Below, in pieces: positions 1-10,298 of a stretch of 64,000 nucleotides of DNA (position 1 is its first letter; each line of letters opens with the position of its first letter). A program made the position numbers and the translations under genes. Source of the DNA: Promethearchaeota archaeon (GTDB lineage Archaea; Asgardarchaeota; Lokiarchaeia; Sigyniarchaeales; SOKP01); assembly GCA_030599585.1 (NCBI GenBank), contig JAUVNS010000019.1:1-64000 (forward strand), given 5' to 3'. The notes under the pieces are model-generated. The model saw only the letters and a list, made by a program, of their open reading frames with translations, was not told the origin of the DNA and searched no databases.

Positions 1-307
1 CGGCTAATTTGTGATTACCTGATAAAATTCTCATTAATCCATATAAAACAGCATGCGCCCCATCCATCTCTACTTTACTCTCGTCGGCCATATATCCTCC
101 ACCTACTTCGACAGTAAAACAATTTGAAATAGTACGCCCGTCGTAATAGTCGTTTGTGCATGAAATAACTGTAGAAATATCTTTTTTCTTTAAACCTGCC
201 ATGTCTACAGCACCTCTTACGGCTTCAAATATCATTTCATAACGACCATAATTCGCGTCTGAATGAAACTTTACTTGATAATACCCTACAATTCCAACTT
301 TTTCCAT
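1..307 (-). CDS. Thiolase-family protein (SCP2/lipid-transfer type), N-terminal part; continues beyond the window start
   Basis: Not in the ORF track; translated by hand from ATG at 307: MEKVGIVGYYQVKF...AGLKKKDISTVISCTNDYYDGRTISN...ESKVEMDGAHAVLYGLMRILSG, open to position 1. A GAGGTG Shine-Dalgarno lies upstream. It follows a DUF35 gene, the usual thiolase partner. Confidence 0.85.
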   Translation of the reverse strand, partial: MEKVGIVGYYQVKFHSDANYGRYEMIFEAVRGAVDMAGLKKKDISTVISCTNDYYDGRTISNCFTVEVGGGYMADESKVEMDGAHAVLYGLMRILSGNHKLA

Positions 308-322
308 CTTATCTATCGCACC

Positions 323-784
323 TCACATTTTTACGAAACCCTTAATATCTGAAGGGTCTCCTTTTGTTTTTTCTGCCCACTCAATTTTTACTTTCATACC
401 AATCTTAACTTCATCAGGTTTTAAATTAAGTAGTTTATAAACTATAGCAGTGTTGCTTCCATCAATTTGTATCATCCCAAGCAATAAATCTTTAGCCTTC
501 CTATCCGTTCGGTCGTTAACCCTATAAGGTGTTATTGTATAATTCGTTAAAGTTCCAGTTTCGGGTAAATCAACCCAATTTTCTTCTAACGGAATTACGA
601 CATTACATTTGCCACAAATTTTTCTCGGAGGAACAAAGACATCACCGCATTTAGGACATTTATTACCAACTAGTTTTTTATTCTCTAAATTATCAAAGAA
701 CTTATCAAGGTACTGGCCAACCCAGAAGTTAAAATCGGCTCTAACCATTCCTTTATTTGCCACAATTACTTTATCTTCACTCAT
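323..784 (-). CDS. DUF35 / ChsH2-like Zn-ribbon + OB-fold protein (thiolase partner)
   Basis: Zn ribbon KCPKCG...PPRKICGKC followed by an OB fold (GTLTNYT...VKIGMKVKIEW). Likely start is ATG 784 (MSEDK); the ORF track starts at 811. Confidence 0.9.
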   Translation of the reverse strand: MSEDKVIVANKGMVRADFNFWVGQYLDKFFDNLENKKLVGNKCPKCGDVFVPPRKICGKCNVVIPLEENWVDLPETGTLTNYTITPYRVNDRTDRKAKDLLLGMIQIDGSNTAIVYKLLNLKPDEVKIGMKVKIEWAEKTKGDPSDIKGFVKM

Positions 785-961
785 ATTTATCTTCACTTGT
801 ATTAGTCCCAATTTTATTTTAATTTTTATGAGAATTAGTTCCTAATTCTTTAAATATTTATTATATTAGGAGTTTTTAATTTGATTAAATAAAGGAAAAT
901 TGTCGAATTTTGAATAATTATTACTTAATTAATAGACCCACGTTAAAATCTGAAATATGGC

Positions 962-994
962 TTTTTCGTTGAATAATATTTTTCGTTGAATAAT
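962..994. repeat. Tandem direct repeat TTTTTCGTTGAATAAT x2 (17-bp period)
   Basis: Exact 16-mer at 962-977 and 979-994 in the divergent intergenic region. Confidence 0.85.
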
Positions 995-1010
995 GAAAAT
1001 GAACACGAAA

Positions 1011-1028
1011 TAAATGAACGCTCATTCA
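1011..1028. promoter_or_regulatory. Imperfect palindrome TAAATGAACGCTCATTCA, candidate TetR/FadR-type operator
   Basis: Inverted repeat AATGA-N4-TCATT between divergent lipid-metabolism genes, upstream of a TTTATAAG TATA-like box at ~1087-1094. Confidence 0.4.
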
Positions 1029-1186
1029 GTGAATGAAGATTCGGTAAAATACAAGAAACTTTACCCATTGCAAGTGTAGGAAAACATTTATAAGCTACAT
1101 TTCAATTTTGATAAATTAATTATTTATACAAACGAATATTTGATTAAATTTACTTTAAAATCTAACAAAAACAAAAGTGATTTGAA

Positions 1187-2254
1187 ATGGTTATTGAAAC
1201 AAATATTACCAAGATGCTTGGAATTAAACATCCAATCTTAAGTGCCCCGATGGGTCCATTTTATACAACAAAATTAACCGTAGCAGTGTCAGAAGCAGGA
1301 GGCTTAGGTGTTTTAAGTCATGTTACTCTCCATGGAACAGTATCATTAAATGAAATGAAGAAAAGCATGGAATATGTAGTAGAGCATACAGATAAGCCTT
1401 TTGGTTTTAATATAAGAACAGCTAGATTACAACCTGATGCTATAAAACTTTGTAGACAATTACCTAGGTTCATTATGGAAAATCAGAGAATAAGAGAACA
1501 ATGCGTTTATTTAATTACTAGTGCTGGCTCACCTAAATTGATTTTAAACAAACATTTTGAAAAATTAAAAGAAACTGGTTCAAGAATTAAACATTTTCAT
1601 GTGGCTCCTTCAATACGTTTAGCTAAAAAATTAGTGGATAGTGGAGTTGATGGAATTATTGCAACTGGAGTCGAAGGTGGAGGTCACCAATCCTACGATA
1701 ATATAAGCACATTAGTACTTTTACAAGAAATAAGAAAAAAATTACCTGAAGTTCCTGTAATTGCTTCTGGAGGCTATGCTACAGGTGAGGGATTAGCTTC
1801 TGCTTTATCTATGGGCGCTGGTGCTATTGCGATGGGTTCAAGATTTATCTCGTCAAAAGAATGTGAGTTCCATGATAATTACAAACAAATTGTAGTTAAT
1901 TCTAGTACATCAGATACAGAACTAAAAACGGGGATTTTTGGGCCTGCGAGAGTCTGGAAGAACAAACTTGCTGAAACACATGGCTTAGTTGAAAGCAAAG
2001 AGGAAAAACAAGCTGGAGAATTTTCAATGTCCAAAGTTGAAAGGGAACTTGGTGAACTTGAAATGACTTATCAAGGAAATGTTCAAGATGGCACTGTTTA
2101 CTTAGGACAAAGTATCGGACTAATTGATCGCGTGGAAACTGTAAAGGAGATAATTGATACTATCGTATTTGATGCAGAAAAAAGTTTAACAAATGCCTTC
2201 AATACAATTAAGCCTACTTATATAGAACAAGCTCTAGAAGTGGAGCATTTTTAA
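1187..2254 (+). CDS. Nitronate monooxygenase / FabK-like enoyl reductase family flavoprotein
   Basis: FMN TIM-barrel motifs: LGIKHPILSAPMG, AVSEAGGLG, GVDGIIATGVEGGGH, PVIASGG, GAGAIAMGSRF, GQSIGLI. Confidence 0.92.
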   Translation: MVIETNITKMLGIKHPILSAPMGPFYTTKLTVAVSEAGGLGVLSHVTLHGTVSLNEMKKSMEYVVEHTDKPFGFNIRTARLQPDAIKLCRQLPRFIMENQRIREQCVYLITSAGSPKLILNKHFEKLKETGSRIKHFHVAPSIRLAKKLVDSGVDGIIATGVEGGGHQSYDNISTLVLLQEIRKKLPEVPVIASGGYATGEGLASALSMGAGAIAMGSRFISSKECEFHDNYKQIVVNSSTSDTELKTGIFGPARVWKNKLAETHGLVESKEEKQAGEFSMSKVERELGELEMTYQGNVQDGTVYLGQSIGLIDRVETVKEIIDTIVFDAEKSLTNAFNTIKPTYIEQALEVEHF

Positions 2255-2276
2255 TAAATTTTTAATTTTTTAACTA

Positions 2277-2286
2277 TTTTTTTTTT
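2277..2286 (+). terminator. Oligo-T tract, probable archaeal terminator
   Basis: T10 run ~22 nt after the stop of 1187..2254. Confidence 0.45.
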
Positions 2287-2562
2287 CAAGTTTAAATCTT
2301 TCAACCATAGATTTATAGATAATATTTTGAGGGGAATAAAATGTCAAAATATAGTAATATCAGCATCATACAACGATTAAAGTGTCTTTATGAACACATT
2401 TTCATCAAAGTTCGATTACTAGATTAACGGTAAAAAATCAATGAGACATATCGGAAAATAGCACATCTTGATATTTCTTCCCTTTAAATATCCAAAAAAA
2501 TAGATACTAAACGGTAATCAAAAAACTAATAAAACCAAAAAATTGTAGGTCGTGTTGTAAAA

Positions 2563-2904
2563 TTGGGCAGGTTTTGGAGAAAAATTGAAGCGGATCTTTT
2601 AAGTTCCCCTGAAGAAACGATGGGATTTTCCCGAGAATTATCGTCGTTAAAGGAAAGTTTTACTATTAAAAAGTACGACTTCACCTCGCTTGAACAAGTA
2701 GAAGAAATTAAAAGAGAACTCTTAGGTAAAAGAATTTTAATACTTAATGCTACAGATGTATTAAAAAACATTGACATTACTCAACTTAAAAGAGGAATAG
2801 AAGATTTAAAATCATTTTTAAGAGAAAATGGTGGTTCTATGGCTCGGCTGGGAGATAAATATTTAATCTTGACTCCAAACTCTTGGGTTAAAATTTCTAA
2901 TTAG
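2563..2904 (+). CDS. sepF: Cell division protein SepF (archaeal type)
   Basis: C-terminal core IKRELLGKRILILN...LKRGIEDLK...GGSMARLGDKYLILTP..VKI matches the archaeal SepF pattern, with an N-terminal amphipathic segment MGRFWRKI. Confidence 0.8.
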   Translation: MGRFWRKIEADLLSSPEETMGFSRELSSLKESFTIKKYDFTSLEQVEEIKRELLGKRILILNATDVLKNIDITQLKRGIEDLKSFLRENGGSMARLGDKYLILTPNSWVKISN

Positions 2905-2936
2905 TAATTTTCAATTAGTAAGTTAGAGAAAATAAA

Positions 2937-3188
2937 CTAAACTTCATAAATGTAATATTTCTTCCAGAAATCTTTGACGATACCATAATATTCATTTTTA
3001 GAAAGAGGTTTTCCTCTAAGACCCGCTTGCCAGATAGCATTTTTTACCTGATTCTCAAATAATGAAGTGACTTTTTTATTGTGACGCTTTATTTCAGGTT
3101 TAATATTAGTAAAATTAGCCATAATTTGTATAATTTTTTTCTCGTTCTGGAAATCTTGGTTAATTTCAAGCATAAATTCACCCTCCAT
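2937..3188 (-). CDS. Small hypothetical protein
   Basis: 83-aa ORF with host-like codon usage filling the gap; no recognisable motif. Confidence 0.6.
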   Translation of the reverse strand: MEGEFMLEINQDFQNEKKIIQIMANFTNIKPEIKRHNKKVTSLFENQVKNAIWQAGLRGKPLSKNEYYGIVKDFWKKYYIYEV

Positions 3189-3345
3189 TTATTATTAAGT
3201 ATTATGATTATACAAAACTGTATATAGTTTGCAAAAATAAACTTTGATTGGAGTCTTAAATAAATAGTAAACTAAAAATAATAATTCAAACAAAGAAAGG
3301 CAAATAGTAACCTTAGATCAGTTAGAAATTTTTAGGAATTTTATT

Positions 3346-4386
3346 TTAAAATGTAAGGTTAGTATCGATTAGACGGATAACGATATCTTTTAAAATAGGT
3401 GTGAGATCATTTTTCAAAGCTAGTCCATCTAATTCTAAATCGCAATTTAGTTTATTAAATTCCATTAAGGCGTTGGAAATTGCTGATTCTAGATGATTTT
3501 TCTGTATCAGGTTTTTTTTATTTTCAGTTAGTCCACAAATTATATCTTCTGCAAAACAGTTAATCATTTTATCTTTAAATTCTGAAATTTTATAAAACGA
3601 GCCGAATCGAAGATAGGATGATAAGAACTGGCTAACAGCTTTTTCAATTTCACTAGGGAAAATTTGTTTTTTACTTATACAATAAGTTTTAATCATTCTT
3701 TCTAAAAGAGAGCCATTAAATTCGTAAATTATTTTCTTCTTAGATTTAGCCCTTTCAATCATTTGACTATGTTTCATTGCTTCTTCTTCTTTTCGTGAAA
3801 ATAAGACATCCTCATAATCTTTTACAATAAGATTAGATAGAGCAGAGCGTAATATAATAATATTAACATTAATTTTATTACTTCCTTGGAAGTGTGTAGG
3901 AACATTATGCATGTGTCTAAGCAAAATATCATCTATATTTAGGTTTTTAGTATCATAAGGACTAAAAAATATTTCATATAAAGCGCTAAAGTTATATTCT
4001 TGAATATTTTTTTTTATTAACGTTCTCAGATATTTATCTATATCGAGGAAAAATCGAAAAATGCAATCGTCAATAGCAAGCGCTAGGTTGTTTCGTGGAT
4101 ATTGCGCTCGAATAAGGTACTTTTTGTATTCTAATCGGATTTTTTGAGCCCTTATCCATTCTATAGCGAAATCTAGCAAACTTTTCCCATTTATAATTTT
4201 ATCATTAAAATATAGAAGAATGCCATAGATGTCTTCATAAGACGACCCAATAGATTGATTGACAAGAAATTTTGTTATCATGGATAATTGGTCTTGATCT
4301 TTGAATTGCCTTTTAATCCGGCTGTAATAAGAAATTAGCCTTTCTTTGTCAATTTTATACCTATTTTCAAACACTATACATTCCAT
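3346..4386 (-). CDS. Hypothetical protein (predicted helical)
   Basis: 346-aa ORF; no recognised motif. Confidence 0.75.
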   Translation of the reverse strand: MECIVFENRYKIDKERLISYYSRIKRQFKDQDQLSMITKFLVNQSIGSSYEDIYGILLYFNDKIINGKSLLDFAIEWIRAQKIRLEYKKYLIRAQYPRNNLALAIDDCIFRFFLDIDKYLRTLIKKNIQEYNFSALYEIFFSPYDTKNLNIDDILLRHMHNVPTHFQGSNKINVNIIILRSALSNLIVKDYEDVLFSRKEEEAMKHSQMIERAKSKKKIIYEFNGSLLERMIKTYCISKKQIFPSEIEKAVSQFLSSYLRFGSFYKISEFKDKMINCFAEDIICGLTENKKNLIQKNHLESAISNALMEFNKLNCDLELDGLALKNDLTPILKDIVIRLIDTNLTF

Positions 4387-4418
4387 TTTTTTATATTCTT
4401 CAAATATTTATATTTAAC

Positions 4419-5447
4419 TTAATTGTCAAGGTTTGCTTCTAAATCGTTGAGACGCTCATTAGAAAGAGTATCCCACTTTTTAAACGTGAAATTAGGATTT
4501 ATTTTTAACATAATATCATGAATATCTTTGTTATTATCCAATAGTAATCGTAAAATTTTTTTATAGAAAGAAACATTATTCGAGCTGCTAAATCCTTCAG
4601 TATCTTCAATTAAAATAGCACCATAGCTCTTTTTCATGTTTTTATCACCAGTATATTCTTCTAAATAAATCACTTTTTTCTCTTGAGAGTGTAGTTTAAT
4701 CAATCTAATATTAGGAGATATCGTGGTGACATTGTATAGCTTTAAAGTTTCATCTATTAATTTTTCATAATAATCTGGTAAAATTGCCATAATATAATAA
4801 GAAGGGATAAATTCTAAACATTTTTTTCTTAACGAGTTATCCTTATCAAAAGTAAGTAAATTTGAAGCTTTATAGTATTTAGATACTATCCTTTCAATTA
4901 ATCCTACACAATAATAATTTTGTTGTTCTTCCCAATACACTTTTCTTGATGATCCAAGAGAATGTTCAATTAAGTTTATACCTCGGTTTAATTCTCCTTG
5001 TATAAATTTAGAATATTTAAATCTACTTCCTAAAAAATTCTCCCCTACAATCTTACCTTGAATTATAGAAGGGAGGATATAATCACACAATTCGTCAGCA
5101 ATCTCCTTAATATCTTCTGTATAAGGAGATGCGATTAACGCTGAGAGATTGGCTACACCGTCTATACTTTCATTCGATGAATTTATATTAAAAAAGGATT
5201 GAAAGCTTTTCTCGTTATATGAGCCTTGATTCTGTAAAATTAAAGCCGATTCCACTAAATCAATATTCCAAGGGTTTCCTTTATTACACATTTCAGTTAA
5301 AAATACAGGACCTAAATATTTAAAAGAGAGCATTTTCAAATTATTCTCTCTCTCTTCAGTTAGCTCTTCAGAAATTTTGATTTTATCATAGACCATTTCA
5401 TCTTCATTTGCGAAAAACAATCCTAAAATTGCATTAATATTATTCAT
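4419..5447 (-). CDS. Hypothetical protein
   Basis: 342-aa ORF, co-oriented with and 32 bp from 3346..4386; no recognised motif. Confidence 0.75.
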   Translation of the reverse strand: MNNINAILGLFFANEDEMVYDKIKISEELTEERENNLKMLSFKYLGPVFLTEMCNKGNPWNIDLVESALILQNQGSYNEKSFQSFFNINSSNESIDGVANLSALIASPYTEDIKEIADELCDYILPSIIQGKIVGENFLGSRFKYSKFIQGELNRGINLIEHSLGSSRKVYWEEQQNYYCVGLIERIVSKYYKASNLLTFDKDNSLRKKCLEFIPSYYIMAILPDYYEKLIDETLKLYNVTTISPNIRLIKLHSQEKKVIYLEEYTGDKNMKKSYGAILIEDTEGFSSSNNVSFYKKILRLLLDNNKDIHDIMLKINPNFTFKKWDTLSNERLNDLEANLDN

Positions 5448-5662
5448 TTGTAAGAGGCAAATTGTTCTTGGTTAATTTTCATTCTAATATTGAATACTAA
5501 TTCATAACTTTATATCTTGATTTTAAATAACTTGATTGTACTATAATCAGTAACAAACATTATTTGATAATGATTTATTTTCGATTCGGTATCACATATC
5601 TCATTATAAAAAGTTAAGAATACTATTTTTAAGATTAATTTAAAATGGAATAGAGTGATTAA

Positions 5663-6523
5663 ATGGAAACTCGAATTTTTGGAAAAACTGGAGCAAAGAT
5701 TACATTTATTACAATGGGAGGATGTGGGTTAGGGTATGTTGACCAAAATGAAGCAGATAAAGCTGTAAAACTCGCAATGGATCATGGAATAAACATGATT
5801 GATGTCGCCCCAACATATGGTAACGCAGAAATTCACCTTAAAGATTGGATAGAGAAATATAGAAACAAATTCTTTCTATCAGAAAAAACATTAAAGAGAA
5901 AAAAGAATGGAGCATGGAGACAACTCAAAAGATCTTTAGAAAAGCTTGGCACATCGCATTTTGATTTATACCAGTTTCACGCAGTTTCATCTATGGAGGA
6001 GTTAGATCAAATTTTAGGAGAAAATGGAGCAATGGAAGCTTTTCTGGAGGCTAAGGAAACAGGTATAATAAAAAATATTGGTATTACTGCACATGACGAT
6101 GTAAGGGTACTCCAGAAAGCTCTCGAGTTATCTGACGATATCGATACAGTTTTACTACCAGTTTATGTAGCAGCATTTGTACATCCTAGTCCCGTTAACA
6201 ATTTTGAGAAGATTCTTGAAATTGCACGAGAGAAAAATATTGGCGTTACTGCAATTAAAGCTATCTCCAAAAGCCGGTGGAATGGAGAAGCAAGTTATAA
6301 TACATGGTACAAACCTCTAACATCCCAGGAATTAATTGATCATGCCGTTTGGTTTACATTATCCCAAGAAGGAGTTACAACATACTCATTACCATGTGAT
6401 GTGAGGTTATGGCCTTTAGTCCTGAATGCCGCTACACGATACAAGAAACTTAACGATGAAGAAAAAAAACATATCGTTAAATTGGCGAGAGAAAATGACT
6501 TTAAACCACTATTTCCAGCATAA
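5663..6523 (+). CDS. Aldo/keto reductase
   Basis: METRIFGKTG, GINMIDVAPTYGNAE (catalytic D/Y), SLEKLGTSHFDLYQFH, GIIKNIGIT. Confidence 0.93.
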   Translation: METRIFGKTGAKITFITMGGCGLGYVDQNEADKAVKLAMDHGINMIDVAPTYGNAEIHLKDWIEKYRNKFFLSEKTLKRKKNGAWRQLKRSLEKLGTSHFDLYQFHAVSSMEELDQILGENGAMEAFLEAKETGIIKNIGITAHDDVRVLQKALELSDDIDTVLLPVYVAAFVHPSPVNNFEKILEIAREKNIGVTAIKAISKSRWNGEASYNTWYKPLTSQELIDHAVWFTLSQEGVTTYSLPCDVRLWPLVLNAATRYKKLNDEEKKHIVKLARENDFKPLFPA

Positions 6524-6634
6524 TTTTTGTGTGAATCTACAAATTAAATTACTCTAAAATTAATGAAACCGAAAGAGAAAATAATAATAGTTTTCCTTTA
6601 GAAATATATTCTATAAGAGTTGTAAAAAATACAA

Positions 6635-7471
6635 ATGCAAAATTATATTCTTTTAGTAAACTGTAGCGATGAAAAAGGACTTATCCATAAAATTACAGGT
6701 GTACTTTATGAAAACGGGTTAAATATCATTAGTAATAGTGAATTTGTCGAAGAAGAAAGCGATCATTTTTTTATGCGGTCAGAATTCATTGGAGACGTTA
6801 ATGAAAACATCATAATTACTCAGCTGAAAGATGTTTTACCTGACAATTCTAATATTGATCTCATTAAACAAAGAAAAAAGAAAATTATCGTATTTGTTAC
6901 TAGAGAACATCATTGTCTAGGAGATTTGTTAATAAAAAATGAATACAAAGAAATAAATGCAGAAATTGTTGCTGTTATCAGTAACTACCCCGATTTAGAA
7001 TCATTAGTCAGCAAGTTTAAGATTCCATTTTATTATTTTAGCAATCAAAATAAAACCAGAGAAGAACATGAAGAAGAAATTTTAAAAATACTCGAAAAAT
7101 TTAACCATGATTACATTGTATTAGCCAAATATATGAGGATTCTAACTCCAAATTTTGTTTCAAAATTCAAAAATCGAATCATTAACATTCATCATTCATT
7201 TTTACCAGCTTTTATTGGAATAAAACCCTACATTCAAGCCTTTAAGCGAGGAGTGAAAATTATAGGAGCCACGGCTCACTTTATTAATAAGGAATTGGAT
7301 GGAGGACCAATAATTGTCCAAGAAGTTATTCAAGTGGATCATAAGTATTCTGTAAAAGATATGCAACAAGCCGGAAGAGAAGTAGAAATAATATCTCTTT
7401 CAAAAGCATTAAAACTCGTGTTTGAAGATAGAGTATTTATTAGTAATAATAAAACAATAATTTTTCAGTAG
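6635..7471 (+). CDS. purU: Formyltetrahydrofolate deformylase
   Basis: N-terminal ACT domain (CSDEKGLI...FFMR), HCLGDLL, VLAKYMRIL, IINIHHSFLPAFIG.KPY.QA..RGVKIIGATAHF...LDGGPII.Q. Confidence 0.97.
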   Translation: MQNYILLVNCSDEKGLIHKITGVLYENGLNIISNSEFVEEESDHFFMRSEFIGDVNENIIITQLKDVLPDNSNIDLIKQRKKKIIVFVTREHHCLGDLLIKNEYKEINAEIVAVISNYPDLESLVSKFKIPFYYFSNQNKTREEHEEEILKILEKFNHDYIVLAKYMRILTPNFVSKFKNRIINIHHSFLPAFIGIKPYIQAFKRGVKIIGATAHFINKELDGGPIIVQEVIQVDHKYSVKDMQQAGREVEIISLSKALKLVFEDRVFISNNKTIIFQ

Positions 7472-7509
7472 TAGTATAAAAATAAAGTGAAATTATAGCT
7501 AGTTAATCT

Positions 7510-8772
7510 CTATTTCTTCTTTCTTTGCCTTAAAATTTCTATGAAGCTTTCTATTTGATTAGAAACCTGCATTTCGTTTAATTTCCTTGGATCGTTCATA
7601 TCTGCATTTATTATTAAGCATGGGATGTTGTAATCTTCCATTAAATGCTTCTTTAGATCGTATAAACCACAAGAGTTAGGTCTGCAGGACATATTTTCGT
7701 GTAATAGAACACCGTCGATTTTCCATTCTTCCACGGTTTCAGCGAATTTTTTTATTCTGGTTTCAAGATCATAGACGTACCAAAAGCTCATCATTAGTTC
7801 TGACATTGCTTCTATTGGTTTATTGAGGACCATTTCTTTTGTAACATTTGGATTCATATATTTGCTAAATGCATACGTGTAGGGTTCGTAAACAATAATG
7901 GCCCCATACTTCTCTAATTTACTGAAATACTTCAAATTATACCAGAAAGGAATGCCTTCGAACATTAAACGGAATTCCTCTTTTTCAAGAGCTCCAATTC
8001 CGGCATCCACTCGTTGTTTAGCCTCTCTATACATCCTCTTGTATAATTTTATGGGGGCCTTTAATCCGGGCATCGTAAACAATGGAAACAATCCTCCAAA
8101 AGTATCTCTCGTGGAAATTGGGCACGGAACATTTTTTCTCAAGTTATAGATGTCTTGCCATACCATGCTAAGATTCCATGAATTTTCAGTTACTTTTCTC
8201 GCTTTTTCCTCATTATATTCGTGTCCTGTAACCTCCTGCATGAAATCTATAAATTCGTATAATTGTTCTGAAACATATTTTGTAAAGTAATTTAGTTGTC
8301 TATTATTAGTGTTACTTACGACATGGGGAACATCAATTGTAAAGTGAGGGACATTCATTCTTTCAGCCTGAACTTGAAACCAGTTTACATGTGTATCACA
8401 AATTACATCAGTTGAAAGCATAAATGTGGGTTTTCTGGTGCCACCTTCTATCATACCAGCTTTACTCTCCACAGCCCCAATATTAGTCTTAAAATATGAA
8501 CATAAATCGTACGAGAAACCTTGCTCTTCGGCGATTTCTATGAATTTTTGAGATAATTTTTGCGCAGCACTCACCGTGGCACTGTTTTCGGGAAGCATTG
8601 GTTGTACGTCCATCGCATATAGCATTTCGACGGGACTACCAGATGTAGCCCACGCAGTCGGATTGCCATCTCTATACGCCTGTTCTATTGCTAAAAAATG
8701 TCTACCCATTATATTTTTTAACCCTTGCGTGGCGTTCAACATTTTATTGTGTGTGTTTTCAGCTTTTGACAT
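7510..8772 (-). CDS. 2-hydroxyacyl-CoA dehydratase / benzoyl-CoA reductase subunit (HgdA/BcrB-like)
   Basis: LPENSA, GFSYDLCSY, VICDTH..W, IDGVLLH..SCRP and DMNDPR; HGD-D family Fe-S cysteines present. Confidence 0.9.
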   Translation of the reverse strand: MSKAENTHNKMLNATQGLKNIMGRHFLAIEQAYRDGNPTAWATSGSPVEMLYAMDVQPMLPENSATVSAAQKLSQKFIEIAEEQGFSYDLCSYFKTNIGAVESKAGMIEGGTRKPTFMLSTDVICDTHVNWFQVQAERMNVPHFTIDVPHVVSNTNNRQLNYFTKYVSEQLYEFIDFMQEVTGHEYNEEKARKVTENSWNLSMVWQDIYNLRKNVPCPISTRDTFGGLFPLFTMPGLKAPIKLYKRMYREAKQRVDAGIGALEKEEFRLMFEGIPFWYNLKYFSKLEKYGAIIVYEPYTYAFSKYMNPNVTKEMVLNKPIEAMSELMMSFWYVYDLETRIKKFAETVEEWKIDGVLLHENMSCRPNSCGLYDLKKHLMEDYNIPCLIINADMNDPRKLNEMQVSNQIESFIEILRQRKKK

Positions 8773-8782
8773 TTAATCTCCT

Positions 8783-9829
8783 CTATATCATTTCAGCAAA
8801 AGCTGAAAATCTGGTGGACAATTGCTTATATGATTCTCTATGATATGTTACTTCAACAAATAAATACGGAATTTCAAGCTCTTTAAATTTTTTTTTTAAA
8901 TATGGATGATCGTATAAAACTGGCTCACAAAATTTCTGAGCAATATTAATGACGCCATCAACTTTATATTCAGTAGCCAATCTCCTCAAAATTTCAAACC
9001 TTTTATAGGATGGAAACTTTGTAGAATGGATTGGTTTGCTCATGTGGTAGTTTGCTATTGCTTCTATTGGATCTCCGGTTTCATCAACAGATTCCCAAAA
9101 ATATTTAGTACCGACACCCAGATCGTCAATTATTACTTGAAATCCTAAACTTTCAATATATCTAATAAACTCTGTGTCATCAAGATCTGAGCCAGTCAAT
9201 AATATTTTTTTGTAATCTTTTTTTGAAAAAGGTTGTCTCTGCTTTAATTCTTCCTGTTTAGCCTTTAGAATATCAATTGCGTCGTCCTTATTTGAAACTT
9301 GAACATTTTTAACTATTCCATGGAATTCTGAGCCAGATAAAACCATAAGTTTCCGATAATTTGAAATTTCCCTCAACAACTTACGAATTCTATTCATTTT
9401 TTTTATATTTTCTCGCAGATCTTCTTCAGTTATTTTAATATTGAAGTGTTCCTCGAGCTGAATTATGAGCTCATTTAGGTCGTTTATGAAAAACTTTAAA
9501 GCTGCTGAATCTAACTTTCTTGGAGAGTTTAGAAAATACATAAAATCGACATCAACACACTCTTTCCATATATCAAATTCGCGATTCGTGCGATCACACC
9601 CATGAGTTGTGATTATCCCAACTACATCATTAGGATAACCCTTCATTGCGAGTTCTAATAAGTTTCTAGTCCATAGACAGTGAGTAGGAGGAATATGTTC
9701 ATTCGCTTTGTCTGGTTCAATTTTAGGATCTCCAAACAACCTGAATGGAGTGAAACCAGCTGCAAGTATAATTTCTTCTGGCGTATCAACGCCACTATCA
9801 AAAATCCCAATTTTCTTCATTTTTTTCAT
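8783..9829 (-). CDS. 2-hydroxyacyl-CoA dehydratase / benzoyl-CoA reductase subunit (HgdB/BcrC-like)
   Basis: PEEIILAAGFTP.RL.G, HCLWTR, HGCDRT, DDLGVG, KFCEP..YD, QLSTRFSAFAEM; 10 bp from the partner subunit. Confidence 0.9.
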   Translation of the reverse strand: MKKMKKIGIFDSGVDTPEEIILAAGFTPFRLFGDPKIEPDKANEHIPPTHCLWTRNLLELAMKGYPNDVVGIITTHGCDRTNREFDIWKECVDVDFMYFLNSPRKLDSAALKFFINDLNELIIQLEEHFNIKITEEDLRENIKKMNRIRKLLREISNYRKLMVLSGSEFHGIVKNVQVSNKDDAIDILKAKQEELKQRQPFSKKDYKKILLTGSDLDDTEFIRYIESLGFQVIIDDLGVGTKYFWESVDETGDPIEAIANYHMSKPIHSTKFPSYKRFEILRRLATEYKVDGVINIAQKFCEPVLYDHPYLKKKFKELEIPYLFVEVTYHRESYKQLSTRFSAFAEMI

Positions 9830-9947
9830 AAAAAATGATTAATCAATTATTCTACTATTGCTACTAAATCCTTAAGATAATAAAAAAATATTTATATTTT
9901 CCCATCATTTTATAGAATATTCTATTTAATTTTAGCGAGTGTTCTCT

Positions 9948-10274
9948 ATGAGTCAGCCAACAATTTCAAGAACTTTAAGTAAAGCAATACTAAAGGATAA
10001 AGTACGAATCAAATTAAAGATTTGGAACACTTACTTGACAGGCAAGCTTATAAAGTTCGATGGGTATATGAATTTGATAGTAGAAGACGCTAAAGAAATA
10101 TATTTTGGTCGCGGTGGAAAAAGAAGCAAAGATATTGGAACAGTGTTGATCAGAGGCGCTTCAATAATATTCATTGGACAAGATAGAGAGAAAATAATGT
10201 TCGTTGAAAATGAAAAGGAAACTGAAGACGATTCGCATGATAAATTAATGCATCGAAAAGAGTCTGAAATTTAG
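9948..10274 (+). CDS. Sm/LSm RNA-binding protein with acidic C-terminal extension
   Basis: Sm1 motif GKLIKFDGYMNLIVEDAKE and Sm2 motif GTVLIRGASIIFI; directly upstream of rpl37e, a conserved archaeal arrangement. Confidence 0.92.
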   Translation: MSQPTISRTLSKAILKDKVRIKLKIWNTYLTGKLIKFDGYMNLIVEDAKEIYFGRGGKRSKDIGTVLIRGASIIFIGQDREKIMFVENEKETEDDSHDKLMHRKESEI

Positions 10275-10298
10275 TTAATACAATAATAGGTGGCAATA

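Noticed and set aside
962-994. Mini CRISPR array
   Set aside because: Only two 16-bp units separated by 1 bp; no spacers and no cas genes.
7510-9829. Complete benzoyl-CoA reductase / aromatic degradation locus
   Set aside because: Only the two HGD-D family subunits are present; no activator ATPase (HgdC/BcrAD) or other pathway genes are in the window, so the substrate cannot be assigned.
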